Program-made: the position numbers and the translations under genes
Notes under the pieces: model-generated
Told to the model about the DNA's origin: nothing
Seen by the model: only the letters and a program-made list of their open reading frames with translations
Databases searched by the model: none
Origin: Felis catus
Taxonomy: Eukaryota
Direction of reading: 5' to 3'
Assembly: GCF_018350175.1 (NCBI RefSeq)
Contig: NC_058375.1
Span: 215,264,001-215,328,000 of the forward strand
DNA: 64,000 nucleotides
Part shown: positions 14,035 to 28,328 of the stretch, piece by piece
How positions within the stretch are numbered: position 1 is the first letter of the stretch
Layout: each line of letters begins with the position of its first letter

Positions 14035-14770
14035 GAGAGAGAATGGAGACAAATAGTGAACAAAGGGACCTTCTAACAACTCGGGGTAGAGTGAGCCTTC
14101 CATCGCCAGAGCTAATCAAGAGATGCCAGTGCCCATCCTCAGGCTGGATTCCTTCATGGCTAGCACGTTAGGCCGGGGTCACTTCCGACTTGAGGTTCGA
14201 TCATTGTGCCAAATAATATTTTATAAGTATTTTCTGCATTTCTTAAAAAACCAAAGCAGGACGAATGTGCAAAGCCCTTGACACTGTGAAGATCACCAAA
14301 TATAAACCGTAAAATACCAGTGTGCAAAGTTGTATAATTATGAAGTAAAGCTCGATTGTCGGCCCTAGGCTCATAGCACTGGGGTAGGAGTCCGAGAGAA
14401 GAGAACTCTGCTTCCCATGGCGGCAGTGCCTCACCTGCTCGCAGGCTCAGGCCCGGCATTTATTATCCATAATAAGATTTACCTGAGAAGCTGGTTAAGG
14501 ATGCAGATTCCCTCGGCCCCTTGCATTCCCCCCGGAGACGCTGATGCTTAAGATCTAGAGCGGTTCCCAGAATCTGTGTCTTTTTAAAAGCAGCATCTTC
14601 TAGAAACGCCTCCTGAGACCCTCTTTTCCTTCTTCTCCATACGGTCGGCCCTTGGCAAGGCCCATTATAAGGTGTGGCTGGCAGTGCTGGGCCCTGGTGC
14701 TCGCAGGGTGGAGGCTTCTTTGGGGGGGGGGTGTGGCCACAGGACATGAACGATACTTAGAGCCAGCTGA

Positions 14771-15055
<285 letters not shown>

Positions 15056-16269
15056 TGATGGAGCTAGCTTATGGGGAGGTCGGCCTTATAAGGAGCACCC
15101 TTGGGACCGACAATTAAAAACAAAGAGGACACGATCAAGGAATTCCTGAGAAGGAGTTACCAATGGATGCGTTCTGTTCATTAAAATTTCTGCCTGGCAA
15201 TATCGTGTTAAAGTCAGGCTCTTTATTCTTTATAGCTGTGACCTGAGTCTGTCCCAGGAGGGCTTAAGCTCTGGCCACCATACCCTTGTTGCTCGGCTAC
15301 ATTCACAGGAATTGAAATCCATGCTGTGAACCCTGGTTAATTTGGGATTAAGAGGGCTGTGAATAGTTCTCCCCTCAGAGTTTCCTGAGAGCATATTTAG
15401 AGAGTAATCAATACACATTTCACGTTCTAAATACAAGGTAGACCTATGAGGTTTTGTATCAAGCATGGAATTTTGAAAACAGCATTTCTAGTGAGTTGAA
15501 AACCTCCTCAAGCAATAATAGGTGATGTCTGTCTAGAAGCTTTGGGCCAGATGTTCAGAAATCCCAATTTAATCTCTACCTTCTCCCACTTGGGGCTCCT
15601 TAGAAGTTTAGGCGGAGTTTTAGAATTACTCTGGTTCTTTTTATTTTTCTTTAAATGATATTACATCTGTATTTTTGAGGCGTGGAAGGGACCGAGGAAA
15701 GCGAGGAGCCATTCCGGAGAATCTTCCAGAAGGCAGCCTGGTGGGGTGGCTGGAGGATGGGCTTTGCTCACAGAGTAGACTTTTTCTAGCTACATAGTCT
15801 TGAGCGAGTTCTCTTTGAATTTTTATAATAATAACCTTGTATTATTTTATGATAATAACCTTGTATGGGACGGAATAACTGTGCAAAGTCAATGGTAGCT
15901 TTTATTTGTTATTGCTGGACACGCAGCCAGGGAAGGCAAGATCATCTCACATCAAATGCCAACTTCAGGATGAGTGTCGCCTGGTAGAATTCTGAGGACA
16001 GTGGGCAGGCTGTGTGGGAAAGATCGCATTGTTTGTCTCTCAGCCATGTTTGTCCTGGGCATCAGCTTCGTGTTGGAGAATCACCACTGTCGTGGTGGAT
16101 ATATTCTATATATGAATTCATAAAATCACAAGAACAACCCCAGAAAGTAGGTACTCTATGTACCAACTACCAATCCCCCTGGATTGGAACAACGACCACA
16201 AAAGACTTCAGTATTTCCCTCATGGCAGTTTATGAGGCCCATCCTCTATCAACAAGTAAAATGTGATGT

Positions 16270-17460
16270 GAGTAGCTAAAGATTAAACAGAGAGTTCCAA
16301 TCACTTGGGAAGCAAGAAACAAACTAGCAACACCTTGCTAAATAACTATTGGGTCAAAAATGAGCTTTCAAAAAATATAATTGCAAGTCACTTAGAAAGC
16401 AGTGGAAATGAAAATATTATATGCAAGGACTAACAATATATGGCCAAAGCTGCCCTCAGAGTGAAATGCATAGTCCTATACCTTTATTAGCAAAAATAAA
16501 GAAAATAATTCAATGATATCAATAATAATCTTCACAACAATGAAACTAACTCAACAAGGAGTTAAGTGCTACTGTTACCTTCTCATTATAGATGAGAAGA
16601 TTAAGGCATAGAGAAAGTAAGAAATTTTCTTTTTTTTACATGGCTAGTAAGTGGCAGAAACATGGTTCACGGCCTTTTAATCACCATCGTGTTCAAACTA
16701 ACGGGTTTGAAAAATGACACTCTAACAAAACTTAAGAGGAGCAGGAAGAAAAAAAAAATATTTGATCGGAACTAAATTAGAAAAGAAAAAAGAGGAAGAA
16801 TAGAAATATTCTTTATTCCCCGAAATCATTTTAACAATGTAAGGAATAAATAAAACCGAGAATTCAAACATGATAACAAATATTGAGGAAAATTGTGTGG
16901 ATGTAACATATAATTGTATGCCAAAAAATTTGAAAAGCTCATGGGAATTTATATTTTTCTGTAAAACTATAATTTTCAAAACCCGTTTCAACAAGAAGAA
17001 CTAGAAAATCTGACTAGACGAATTATCAATGAACGAGCTTAAAGGGAAGTAAAAGGCTCCAAAATTGCTCTGGGCCAGATGGTTTCACCCAGAAAAAAAT
17101 TTTGAAACTCTATTATTGGTTAATTTCAAAGATGTTTATAGTCTCCAACACATACAGAAGTGTGAGATCCTTATACATTGCTGGAGAAAGAACAGATAGG
17201 TGCCCTTTCTGGAAAACCATTGCAAAGTATATATCAAGCACGTGAAAACTGTTCATACTGTACTTACAAATATCTCACTAGGAATTTAATATTTAGACAA
17301 ACAGATGATTAAAATATTTCTGACGATATCAAGAATTGACAGAAACCTAAAGAGCTGGGAATCTCAATATCAGAGGGATCTTCTGGTAGATTACTTTATA
17401 AACATGAAGGAAAATTGTGGAAAATAATACTTCCAAAGGTTTTCTGATGGTATGGAAAAT
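16270..17460 (+). mobile_element. Ancient degenerate L1 (ORF2 region) with a MIR fragment at ~16560-16690
   Basis: A-rich tract with L1-like motifs (CAAGAAGAACTAGAAAATCTGA, GGGCCAGATGGTTTCAC); boundaries approximate. Confidence 0.6.
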
Positions 17461-18107
17461 ATTTGCAGTTTTAAATAAAAAATTATGAAAGCTACGTTAA
17501 TTAATCTGTGTGCCTAGGAAAGACAGAAGTTCCCTAAAGTCTTGATGGTGCTGACCACTGAGTTGTGGAATTAAGCATGATTTTAATTTTTCTTGTACTT
17601 GCCTGCATTTTCCATGGTTCCTACAGTGAGTGTGTGTTATTTTTAAATACTCAAATCATAGCACTAGTTTGTATTCCTTTATGTGTCTGTTAATGATAAT
17701 CTCTGGTGATTTACAGTGGTTTCACAGCCAACACATAGGACTTCTTTGTTTCTTTTCTGTCTTCCCTGAAAAAGAGTGTTTGGTCTTTTGTGGAAGTTGT
17801 TTACTTTGTTGACCGGATCTTCCTTTGTGGTCTCTATTCGTGGCTTACAACCCCCCCTTCCTAGTAGACGGGCTATACCAGGACCCGGACTTAGCTGGTC
17901 TGAAACAATACCACATTTCACAAACACTGAAGTTTTATATATTTTGAGGATCTCTTTTGGGCTTTTTCTCATTTTCCATCAGCTGTTTTTTCTTTTTTCT
18001 GGAGTCAGTGCTACACTTTCCAAAGTAGTGTTGCAATACACATGCATGAAAAAAGAGCTCACGCCTCTCCTTATTCTTGGTATTTAAACTTTAAAATCCC
18101 TTTGTCA

Positions 18108-18337
18108 GGCGTGCCTGGGTGGCTCAGTCCGTTGAGTTTCTGACTTTGGCTCAGGTCGTGATCTCACGGCTCTTGTGAGTTCGAGCCCTGCTTCGGGCTC
18201 TGTGCTGATAGCTCAGAGCCTGGATCCTGCTTTGGAGTCTGTCTCTCTCTCTCAATCTGCCCCTAACCCACTCGCATTCTGTCTCCGTCTCTCTCTAAAA
18301 TAAATAAACATTAAAAAATTAAAAAAAAAAGAATAAA
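18108..18337 (+). mobile_element. Can-SINE
   Basis: Perfect 16-bp TSD TAAAATCCCTTTGTCA at 18092 and 18338. Confidence 0.93.
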
Positions 18338-18419
18338 TAAAATCCCTTTGTCAAAGCACAACCACAAAGACAAACCATGAGGCAAAACAACACAATACAA
18401 TTTCATACTCACTGAGTGG

Positions 18420-19560
18420 GAATCATGTTAAAACCTATAATCTGATGCAGGAAAATTGAAATTGTTGTAATATTGAGTCTCCTTCCAATGATAGGATATC
18501 TCTCAGTTTCTGCAAGTCTGTGTCTTTGAGGAAAGTTTTACACTTTTCCTCATTAAGACCTAGATATTTCTTCTTAATGTTATTTCTAGTGATTATGTAT
18601 TTTTGTTATTATTGTGAATGAGGTCTTCATTCAATGTAATTTTGGAGGCCGTTTTTTATATAAAAAAGGATTTATTTGTTGTTTTGAATCAAATGTTTTA
18701 TGAATTCTTTTTTTTTCAGTAGATTCTCTGAGTGTTCTATGTTTGCGACTATATTACTGATAAAAGTGTTACTTCTAAATGCAACTCTTCCATTTAATTA
18801 TATCTTGCATTTTTTGCTTGTATTGATGCCTGGGCTAAAATGTCCAGTGTGATGTTAAATACCAATGATCATGGCAAGTATCCCAATGGGCATTCAAAAT
18901 ACCTGGTGTCATGGTGGTAGGAACAAGGCTAGTATTTTCACCAGTAAATAGGATTTGGTGAAAGCTTCAATATACATGTATTTTCAGAAAGTATCGTAAG
19001 GCATCATCCTTTTATTTCCAGTTTATAACTTTTTTTAACATTTATTTTTGAGAGACAGAGCGAGACAGGGCATGAGTGGGGAAGGGGCAGAGAGAGAGGG
19101 AGACAGAATCCGAAGCAGGCTCCAGGCTCCGAGCTGTCAGCCCAGAGCCCAACGCGGGGCTTGAACCCACGGACCGTGAGATCACGACCTGAGCCAAAGT
19201 CAGCCACCCGACCAACTGAGCCACCCAGGTGCCCCTCCAGTTTATAATTTTTTAAATCCAGAGTGAATGTTGGGTACAAAGTGTCTTTTTGCATCTATTG
19301 GGTTGGAATTTTCCCCTTGAAGCCATAATCTAATGGACTTAATCTTAGAAACAATGCTAATTGTTCCTTAATAACCTTAACTGGGTTTAATCATCCAATG
19401 CTTTGTTAGGAGTTTGGTATCCTTATTCATTAGACAGTGTGGTCTTTGGCTTTTCCTTGTGTGATTCTTCCCTTGTTGAGTTTTTGGAATTAGTGTTATG
19501 TTCTGGAAGAATATAAATGGAATAGGAATGATTTGTTCCAGGAAAGTTTACAGGGCTCCC
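18420..19560 (-). mobile_element. Ancient degenerate L1 remnant, antisense, interrupted by a SINE
   Basis: T-rich tract with antisense L1 ORF2-like motifs (AATATTGAGTCTCCTTCCAATGATAGGATATCTCTC); boundaries approximate. Confidence 0.5.
19030..19235 (-). mobile_element. Can-SINE
   Basis: TSD TCCAGTTTATAA on both sides. Confidence 0.93.
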
Positions 19561-19804
19561 CTGTCAAGTGCCCAGAGCCCTGTCTTGCAAATATTATCCC
19601 ATTTGTCATTTCCAGGACTCTCCTGATTGGAGCTCCTGACTGGGCCAGGACCACTTTCAGAGGAGAACTGTAATATTTGGATTTTGTTTTCATTCTTCTT
19701 TTGTTCTGATTGAATACATATGGCGTTACCAGGCAGTAACCTTCCTCTCCCTATTGAATCATCCCTTATAAACTTTGCTTATATTCTTGGAGTTCAGATT
19801 GAAC

Positions 19805-20041
19805 TTTTTTTTGTTTTTAAGAGACAAAGTGATGGAGAGCGAGAGAGAGAGAGAGAGAGAGAGCGCGAGAGTGCATGTGTGGGAGTAGAGGAGGGGCAGA
19901 GGGAGAGGGAGAGAGAATCCTAAGCAGGCTCCACGCCAGCTCAGAGCTTGATGTGGGTTTCCATCTCACAACCATGAGATCAATGACCTGAGCTGAAATC
20001 AAGAGTTGGACGCTTAACTGACTGAGCCACCCGGGCGCCCC
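19805..20041 (-). mobile_element. Can-SINE (older type)
   Basis: T-tail, (GA)n, ends in GAGCCACCCGGGCGCCCC. Confidence 0.9.
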
Positions 20042-20188
20042 AAGAATGAACATCTTTTAATGCAACCCTAATACTCTAAGAACCAAACACCTTCGAATGG
20101 AACATGAAGGTCAGAAATTCCTTTCTTCATGCTACCCCAGAACTTGTTTATTGTATGGAATTAAGTGTTAGGACAAAATATCTCTTTA

Positions 20189-20405
20189 TTTATTTATTTA
20201 AAAAAAATTTTTTTTTCAACGTTTATTTATTTTTGGGACAGAGAGAGACAGAGCATGAACGGGGGAGGGGCAGACAGAATCGGAAACAGGCTCCAGGCTC
20301 TGAGCCATCAGCCCAGAGCCTGACGCGGGGCTCGAACTCACAGACCGCGAGATCGTGACCTGGCTGAAGTCGGACGCTTAACCGACTGCGCCACCCAGGC
20401 GCCCC
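20189..20405 (-). mobile_element. Young felid SINE (SINEC_Fc-like)
   Basis: Diagnostic GACCTGGCTGAAGTCGGACGCTTAACCGACTGCGCCACCCAGGCGCCCC; TSD CAAAATATCTCTTTA. Confidence 0.94.
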
Positions 20406-20869
20406 GCAAAATATCTCTTTAATTGCCTCGGTTTTTTGGCCTTGTAACTATGGGCTTCTAAAGAGCAAAGACTCCATCTTGTTCAATTTCTACTCCATAG
20501 ACCCTGGCAAAGGTCTTGGCATGTGATAGATTCCAGACAAATATGTATGTGTGTTTATCAATGTCTACCTGTATCCCCCCCCCACACACAAATATAAGTA
20601 GTGTATGTATGTGTGCATGTGTAGATACATACACGCACTCACAGATTTCTGTGTGTGTGTCTGGATACCAACACACACACACAGAAGCACACACACACTT
20701 CCTGGAATGCTATCAGTTTCAATGAGTTTACACAAATGAGCACAGGTCAATAGAACAAGAACTAGATTGGAAATGTGATCCTTACATGGTCACTGGCCAT
20801 TTATGTGACAGCGAGTAAGTGACCCCGCCATTTTGAACCCTCATTTCTTCATGTTTAAAACAAAGCCCT

Positions 20870-21097
20870 GGGGCGCCTGGGTGGCGTAGTCGGTTAAGCG
20901 TCCGACTTCAGCCAGGTCACGATCTCGCGGTCGGTGAGTTCGAGCCCCCCGTCGGGCTCTGGGCTGATGGCTCAGAGCCTGGAGCCTGTTTCTGATTCTG
21001 TGTCTCCCTCTCTCTCTGCCCCTCCCCCGTTCATGCTCTGTCTCTCTCTGTCCCAAAAATAAATAAACGTGGAAAAAAAAATTAAAAAAAAAATAAA
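20870..21097 (+). mobile_element. Young felid SINE (SINEC_Fc-like) inserted in a MIR remnant
   Basis: GACTTCAGCCAGGTCACG body, GTCCCAAAAATAAATAAACG tail; TSD TAAAAC(A/G)AAGCCCT. Confidence 0.94.
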
Positions 21098-21182
21098 TAA
21101 AACGAAGCCCTGTTCCATAAGATCTCCAAGACCCTTCTGCATTTAGGACTCTGGGAGGAGACATCAGTATAGTTGGACCTGA

Positions 21183-21467
<285 letters not shown>

Positions 21468-21929
21468 TAAGGGAACAATGAAACAATGGAGCGAAAGCCT
21501 TTATTTGCCACGTAGAGTGGCAAATTCTCTGTGTCTTCCCACTGCTGAGATGCTGGTGTTGAGATGTGTCCTGTTATGGAACTGGAGTACGTCATGATGT
21601 AGTAATAGACTCGGTAACAGGGACGCATTGGAGGTGTTCTCAACCTGTTTCCTTTCTCAGTGGGGCACACATGAAGGAAGGCATTTGTATTGGTAATACT
21701 CTTTCTGGAGAGAACACATAGTCATGTAAAGTTTTCACCCCTTCAAGAAAGCACAGGATTATGCAGATTAGCGAGAGTGTAATTATTTTAAGGATACACT
21801 TGAACCTGGCAAAACTAAATCATTCACAGACGTTAGCCTTTTAAATATCAGTAAGGAATTGCAATACGACCCATGTCATGCTGTTGCTGGCTTGGGCACA
21901 GAGACACATCCGTCATGGTCAGTGGGTAG

Positions 21930-22589
21930 GTAGTCAGTCTGAGATCTGCAGCCATCACCTCACACCCTGTAGTCAGTCTGAGGTCTGAGGCCATCACCTC
22001 ACACCCTGTAGTCAGTCCGAGGTCTGAGGCCATCACCTCACACCCTGTAGTCAGTCCGAGGTCTGCGGCCATCACCTCACACCCTGTAGTCAGTCCGAGG
22101 TCTGAGCCATCACCTCATACCCTGTAGTCAGTCTGAGGTCTGAGGCCATCACCTCACACCCTGTAGTCAGTCTGAGGTCTGAGGCCATCACCTCACACCC
22201 TGTAGTCAGTCTGAGGTCTGCGGCCATCACCTCACACCGTGTAGTCAGTCCGAGGTCTGAGCCATCACCTCACACCCTGTAGTCAGTCCGAGGTCTGCGG
22301 CCATCACCTCACACCCTGTAGTCAGTCTGAGGTCTGAGGCCATCACCTCACACCCTGTAGTCAGTCCGAGGTCTGAGGCCATCACCTCACACCCTGTAGT
22401 CAGTCTGAGGTCTGCGGCCATCACCTCACACCCTGTAGTCAGTCCAAGGTCTGAGCCATCACCTCATACCCTGTAGTCAGTCTGAGGTCTGAGGCCATCA
22501 CCTCACACCCTGTAGTCAGTCTGAGGTCTGAGGCCATCACCTCATACCCTGTAGTCAGTCTGAGGTCTGAGGCCATCACCTCACATCCT
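21930..22589. repeat. Minisatellite/VNTR, 17 copies of a 39-bp unit (GTAGTCAGTCYGAGGTCTGMGGCCATCACCTCACACCCT)
   Basis: Counted unit by unit: 14 x 39 bp plus 3 x 38 bp = 660 bp, with no spacers. Confidence 0.98.
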
Positions 22590-22638
22590 GGGCTCATGGA
22601 GCAGAAGCTCCTGGTCTACCTCTTCTTGAAGTAGATGA

Positions 22639-22767
<129 letters not shown>

Positions 22768-24659
22768 TAGAAGATTGATCAACAAGCGAACCCAGAAAAT
22801 TTGCATTTTCAGGGCTTTGGGGCTTATGTGGTCAATTTCTTTTACTACAGCAAGTAGGTAGTATTCTCTTAGCCACACAATGTTCTCTAATATTCCAGAA
22901 GAGGCTTTGGAAGAACATGAATAGCCTGTATACCTAATGTTGGCTTTGGCCGTCAGCCTACCAAGGAGAAGGGTTGACATTAACTCCTAAGACAGATCAT
23001 AAGCAGCATGTATGTTGGAAAACCATGGTTACCCCATGTGCGTGGAGATGGGCTGTGATCATAAACACACAGGTTGCCCCCAGATCAGGATTCCCAGACC
23101 CACCAAAAGCCCATCCACATGCTTCCTGGGCCTGCAAAGACTCCACCCACAAGAAGGAACCCCAAACCCTAAGTGACTCTGAGATCACAGAAACTTCCTG
23201 AACAATTCTACACTTCCAAGTTGAGCAGTCAAGCAGGAATTCTGCTTCCCACCCCATCCGTGCAGACTTTGGTCTTACTGAGAGCACCTTGCCGGCAGCC
23301 AGGTATCTGTTTGACTTTAGAATGCATCAGTGTTACCGCATTTTTGTCGGTGTCTCAAGGCATGCACATCGTGCTGAAGATGCCTAGTTTTAGGAATAGG
23401 ACTTCACAAGAAAGTGATTTTCAACTCCTCCTTTTAATTAATTTCACATTGATTTGCCTGCCCCCTCATTTTCCAAACTATTCTGTGTAGATACTACGAT
23501 TCTTTATCTTCTACTTCCCTCCCAGAGCCTCCTCCCGGAGTTACAAGTAATTCCTGGCCAAGTTGTTTGGAATCATAACCTAGCACTTCTCTTTGTTTAT
23601 ATAACAATGGCCTTCTCATTCATTCATGTGTATTTATTGAGCACCTGCTGTAAGATCTGCTACTGAGACCATTGGTAAATGAAAATTTTTCAGGGAAAGC
23701 CTTTTCAGGGAAACATAAACGATTTTTTTTTCAATATGAAACTCTCAGTAGGTGACATACACTCGCTTTAAGAGCAGAAGAGGAAGAGAGGAAGAGAAAG
23801 TAATTGAAAGATGGTTATGTTTGTTATCTCTCTCTCAAATTTTAGATTTGAAATTCTGATTTCCAGAGGGCCACTACAGTTCCATGGCATTTTCCCCAAG
23901 CACCTGTGCAGCCAGTAACCGTGCCCAGAACAGGGGACAAGAGAGAGGAGGGACAGCTCCCTGTCTGGTCACCCCACTCCGGCCCCAGCATGCGGATACC
24001 TGCCCGCAGGGCAGGTAGTGGGGTGCAGAGCTGGGAACACCCTGGTGTCTGCCCCAATGAGGCACCACACGCTCCATGGGTGACATGTTCTCCATGAAGG
24101 CATTCAGTGTCTCCTAAAGGTTGGGGACCCAAAGTTTCTTCTGGGCATATATATCACTTTATCTTGTTATTAAGTGAATTAAGACTCTGAAGAACGATTC
24201 CCCTCTGCCAGCCTCTGTGGAAATAAAAGTGTGGTGCATATTTATATAAGAAACAAATTTAATTTTATTCTCTTTTTGTAAAAAGGGCAAGGAAAATGAT
24301 TTGGGAATTCTAAAGGAAATAGGTGTCAACATAATAGAAAATATGTGGCTGCTTGAAGGTATTTTCATACTTTGTGAGTATGAATATTTTTAACCTATGC
24401 CACATAAGCTGTCAGTGATAATATTGAATACCATTTTAGAAGTTGTCATGCAAATCTATGATGTCAGGAGTTGAAATGATCAATTTTGTAGGTAGAGATA
24501 TTTTAAAGCACTTATTATGGAGAACTTAAGCTCGTCACGCGTGTCCTTATTATGAGATTTGGTATTAGCACAGGGTGTAATACACCTGGCCCATATTTCT
24601 CATTCATAAACAGTTGCAAACATTTGGTTTGCTTCTGATTGAAATAAAACCCCAAAGGA

Positions 24660-25235
<576 letters not shown>

Positions 25236-27814
25236 TAAGTTCTTGGGGAGGGAGGAAGCCTTACGTGCCCGACTCCACTAGAGCTGCATTATTTTATCTA
25301 TTCTCAGTGACACTGAAGTGATACTCTGGCCCAAACCAGGTTTCTCGCTAGAAATTGAAGCTCGCGTAGGTTAGATGACTTCCAAGTCTCTGTACCTGGT
25401 AAGGGTAGCATATGGGGTTCAAAGTCAAGTCTGTTTGCAAAGCTGGTAATCCTTTTACGCCCTGACTTCGACGCATGTTTACCTTCCGAATTTTGTGTGT
25501 ATCAGTGGAGGGGAGGCAAGAAATCCCAGGCAATGATGTTTTAGAAATTCACTGGAGGAGTTGTTACTATGGAATGATTGCCTTTCTAAATTAATTGGCC
25601 TGTGATTCCATTCAGAATCTCTCGCCCTTCTTATCAGATCGTGTAAGAAACGTACTTACCGGAATATCTATTCTACTTCTTATCGCTAAGCCTATAAAAG
25701 TATTTTAACCTAATGCCATGCCTCCTCACTTTTCCGTCTGTTTCATGACTGCTGTTGACCGGAACTGGCTTCCATTTTCTTGATCGCTCAGTTCATGAGA
25801 AAGCTCACGTTAATATTAGTGGGTGAATTCACCTCAACTCATTCCAGAATGACCTTCGATGTTTAGATAGTTTTAGGAGCACAGGCTACCACTTGGGAAT
25901 TTATCCATAAAGGGATAAAAAAACAGGCTATAGGCAGTGAGTGGGTGATTTTAGTCATAGAGCCCATTTTGTCATGAGAGTTCAAGGTTGGATTTAGTAT
26001 AAAAAATATTCCTTAACTAGATTGGTATTTCAACAGTAGTTAGTTGTGAAAGCATCTCAAAATACCGAACACGGCAAGCTGAAATCCTAGAATAGTGCAG
26101 ATAATCTTGTTCATGGTAGCCTCTGCCAGTATTTAAGGTAAGCGTAGACAAACCAAAGCCTTGTAAATAATGAGAAAAAACCCGGGCTTCTAGGCTGCTT
26201 GGTACTCTGTGGTAAATTAACACACAGTGGGACCCTACTGGTCTTCTGTAATTTCATATGAGTGGGCACTTAGCTGAAATAATCAGGAAGCAAGTCCTTT
26301 CTGTTTTTGGTCTTGTTACCTGAAATCCAGAACTGAAAAACACAGATGCATCTTCTTCCAGAGTCGGTGTTGGTGTGGAATGGCATCCTGACCCACAAAT
26401 TCTTGTATGATATTCCTACTTGAATTATTGCTTTTCCCCGATTTTATTAACAAGGTAAAGCTGGTGGTTTTCCATAAAAGTTTGTGCTGGGATTTTCTTG
26501 TATCTTGGCCCAAGTCCAGTTGAGAGACAGACACAAGAATCGGGTGGATAGACGTTAAGTTTTATCAGCTTCATTGATGATGAAGGCAAGGTTGACAGAT
26601 GTGGCTTGGGTGCAGTCATAACGGGCTTTCTTGTGCTGAGCCCCGGAAAGAGACAGATGAGCCCACCTAGACGGAGGTGGCCCTGGATAGCTTCTCTTCT
26701 CCCAGGCTAGGTGTGTGGCTGAGGGCAGACAAGAGCACGGGCACTCTGCCAGGAGCAGATCCTAGTGGAGACGCAGGAAAGGGCTGGCCAGGCAAGGCGA
26801 AAGTCACCAATCAGATATGTCACTCTCTCAACCTGAGTAGGAGTAAGTGAAGGGGTAGAGAGTATCACAGGGCCTAATTTGGATAGAGCTTGCTCTGCAT
26901 ACAAATACACGGGTAAGGAAAAGGAGGCCTCCCTCCCCGAGTGGTTGTACATTTTTGATTGTCCACGTGTTGAAACCTAAATGGTCTGAGTCGATTCCAA
27001 ACATATCAGCAGAGCAATCCCAGAGTATGCATATCAATGGCGACATTGTATGTTGAGCGCTGTACTCAAGGTGCTTTCCCTGGGTGGAAGGAAGAAATTC
27101 AGTGGTTGGGTCAAGGATACCCACAGAGGAAGGAATCGACAACTCTTAGCTTCCCACCAGTGATGGCCCTGGGTCCTCTCCAGTGACTTGCCTTCTATTC
27201 CTCATGCAACTTTTCTTCTGGAGTCCGAGCCACATCATGGCCAAAGAACAGAGGCCATCTAGCAGGTCCCCCACTCTTGACAAAGGATTTTCATTTCTGC
27301 TTTAAGAAAATCTGTCACAGGAATTCTGAAACAGGCTAAAAATCAGACACATTTCACTTATCCTGTCTGGGGTTCATACCTCATTCGTATTCATATCTGA
27401 TATGCTAATGATCTATCATAGTTATAATCATGTCAGAAGACATCCGTCAATAATACAAAATTAGTCTGGCATTTTAATTATGCACTTATATAAAGTTTTG
27501 CAATTGGTACAGGTTTCCCAAAAGACCACGGTCAAGAGTGGAATTATCGATTAATGAATGCATACATCCAGTCAGATATTAGTTGAGCAACCCCCCAGGC
27601 TAGTTGGGGGTGACCTCACTGATCTTGTGGACAGCCAACCCCCAAATCTGCACTCATGGTTTCCTGACCTTTCCTGGAGACCCAGGGCACCTCTTCCCTA
27701 TGATCATGCTTCCTCCTTCTACCAGTTCAACCAGAGTTATCCCCCTGTGCCCACTTCTCACCTTCTTGAGAAGTTGACTCTCCATAGTATCCCAATCTAT
27801 CAAGCAGTCTAGAT

Positions 27815-28296
27815 ACCATTCATTCATTTATTTCAAACTCATCTACTCATTTGTGCAGTTGATATTTATTGAATGTATATCAGATGCCAGGTTCTGGAAT
27901 AGGCACTTCAGGAAGAACAGGATACCCAGCAGGAAGAGCCCTTGTCCGCATGGAGAGAACAGAAATTGGAAAAAAGTTTAGGTTGAGTGGTTACAATGTA
28001 TAAGGTTGAACTGAAATGGGTGTTCTTAAGAAAGGTTACGTGGATTTGTAAGGGCACGAGCCAAGGGAGCCTGGCCTGGTATGAAAGGGGAAGGCTTCTC
28101 AGAGGAGGTGATATGGAAGCTGTGATCTGAAGGCTAGGTAGTTAGCGGGGTGAGGACTGGGATTGGAATGGCTAGAACAGCATGTGCAAAGGTCCTGAGG
28201 TGCAGGGCAAGCACGGCCTACCCCAAGGACCTATAATATGGCAGTGAGGGTGGAAGCTGGAAAGCTTACCAGGGACCAAGCCAGGCAGCTTCTTTC

Positions 28297-28328
<32 letters not shown>

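Noticed and set aside
15821-15866. 24-bp tandem duplications (here and at ~5452-5494)
   Set aside because: Ordinary slippage duplicates with no sign of function.
21848-22075. Repetitive 75-aa minus-strand ORF (MAADLGLTTGCEV)n
   Set aside because: It follows from the 39-bp unit length and is broken by the 38-bp units; no evidence of a gene.
21930-22589. CRISPR-like regular repeat array
   Set aside because: Units are directly adjacent with no unique spacers, there are no cas genes, and the context is a mammalian intron. It is a minisatellite.
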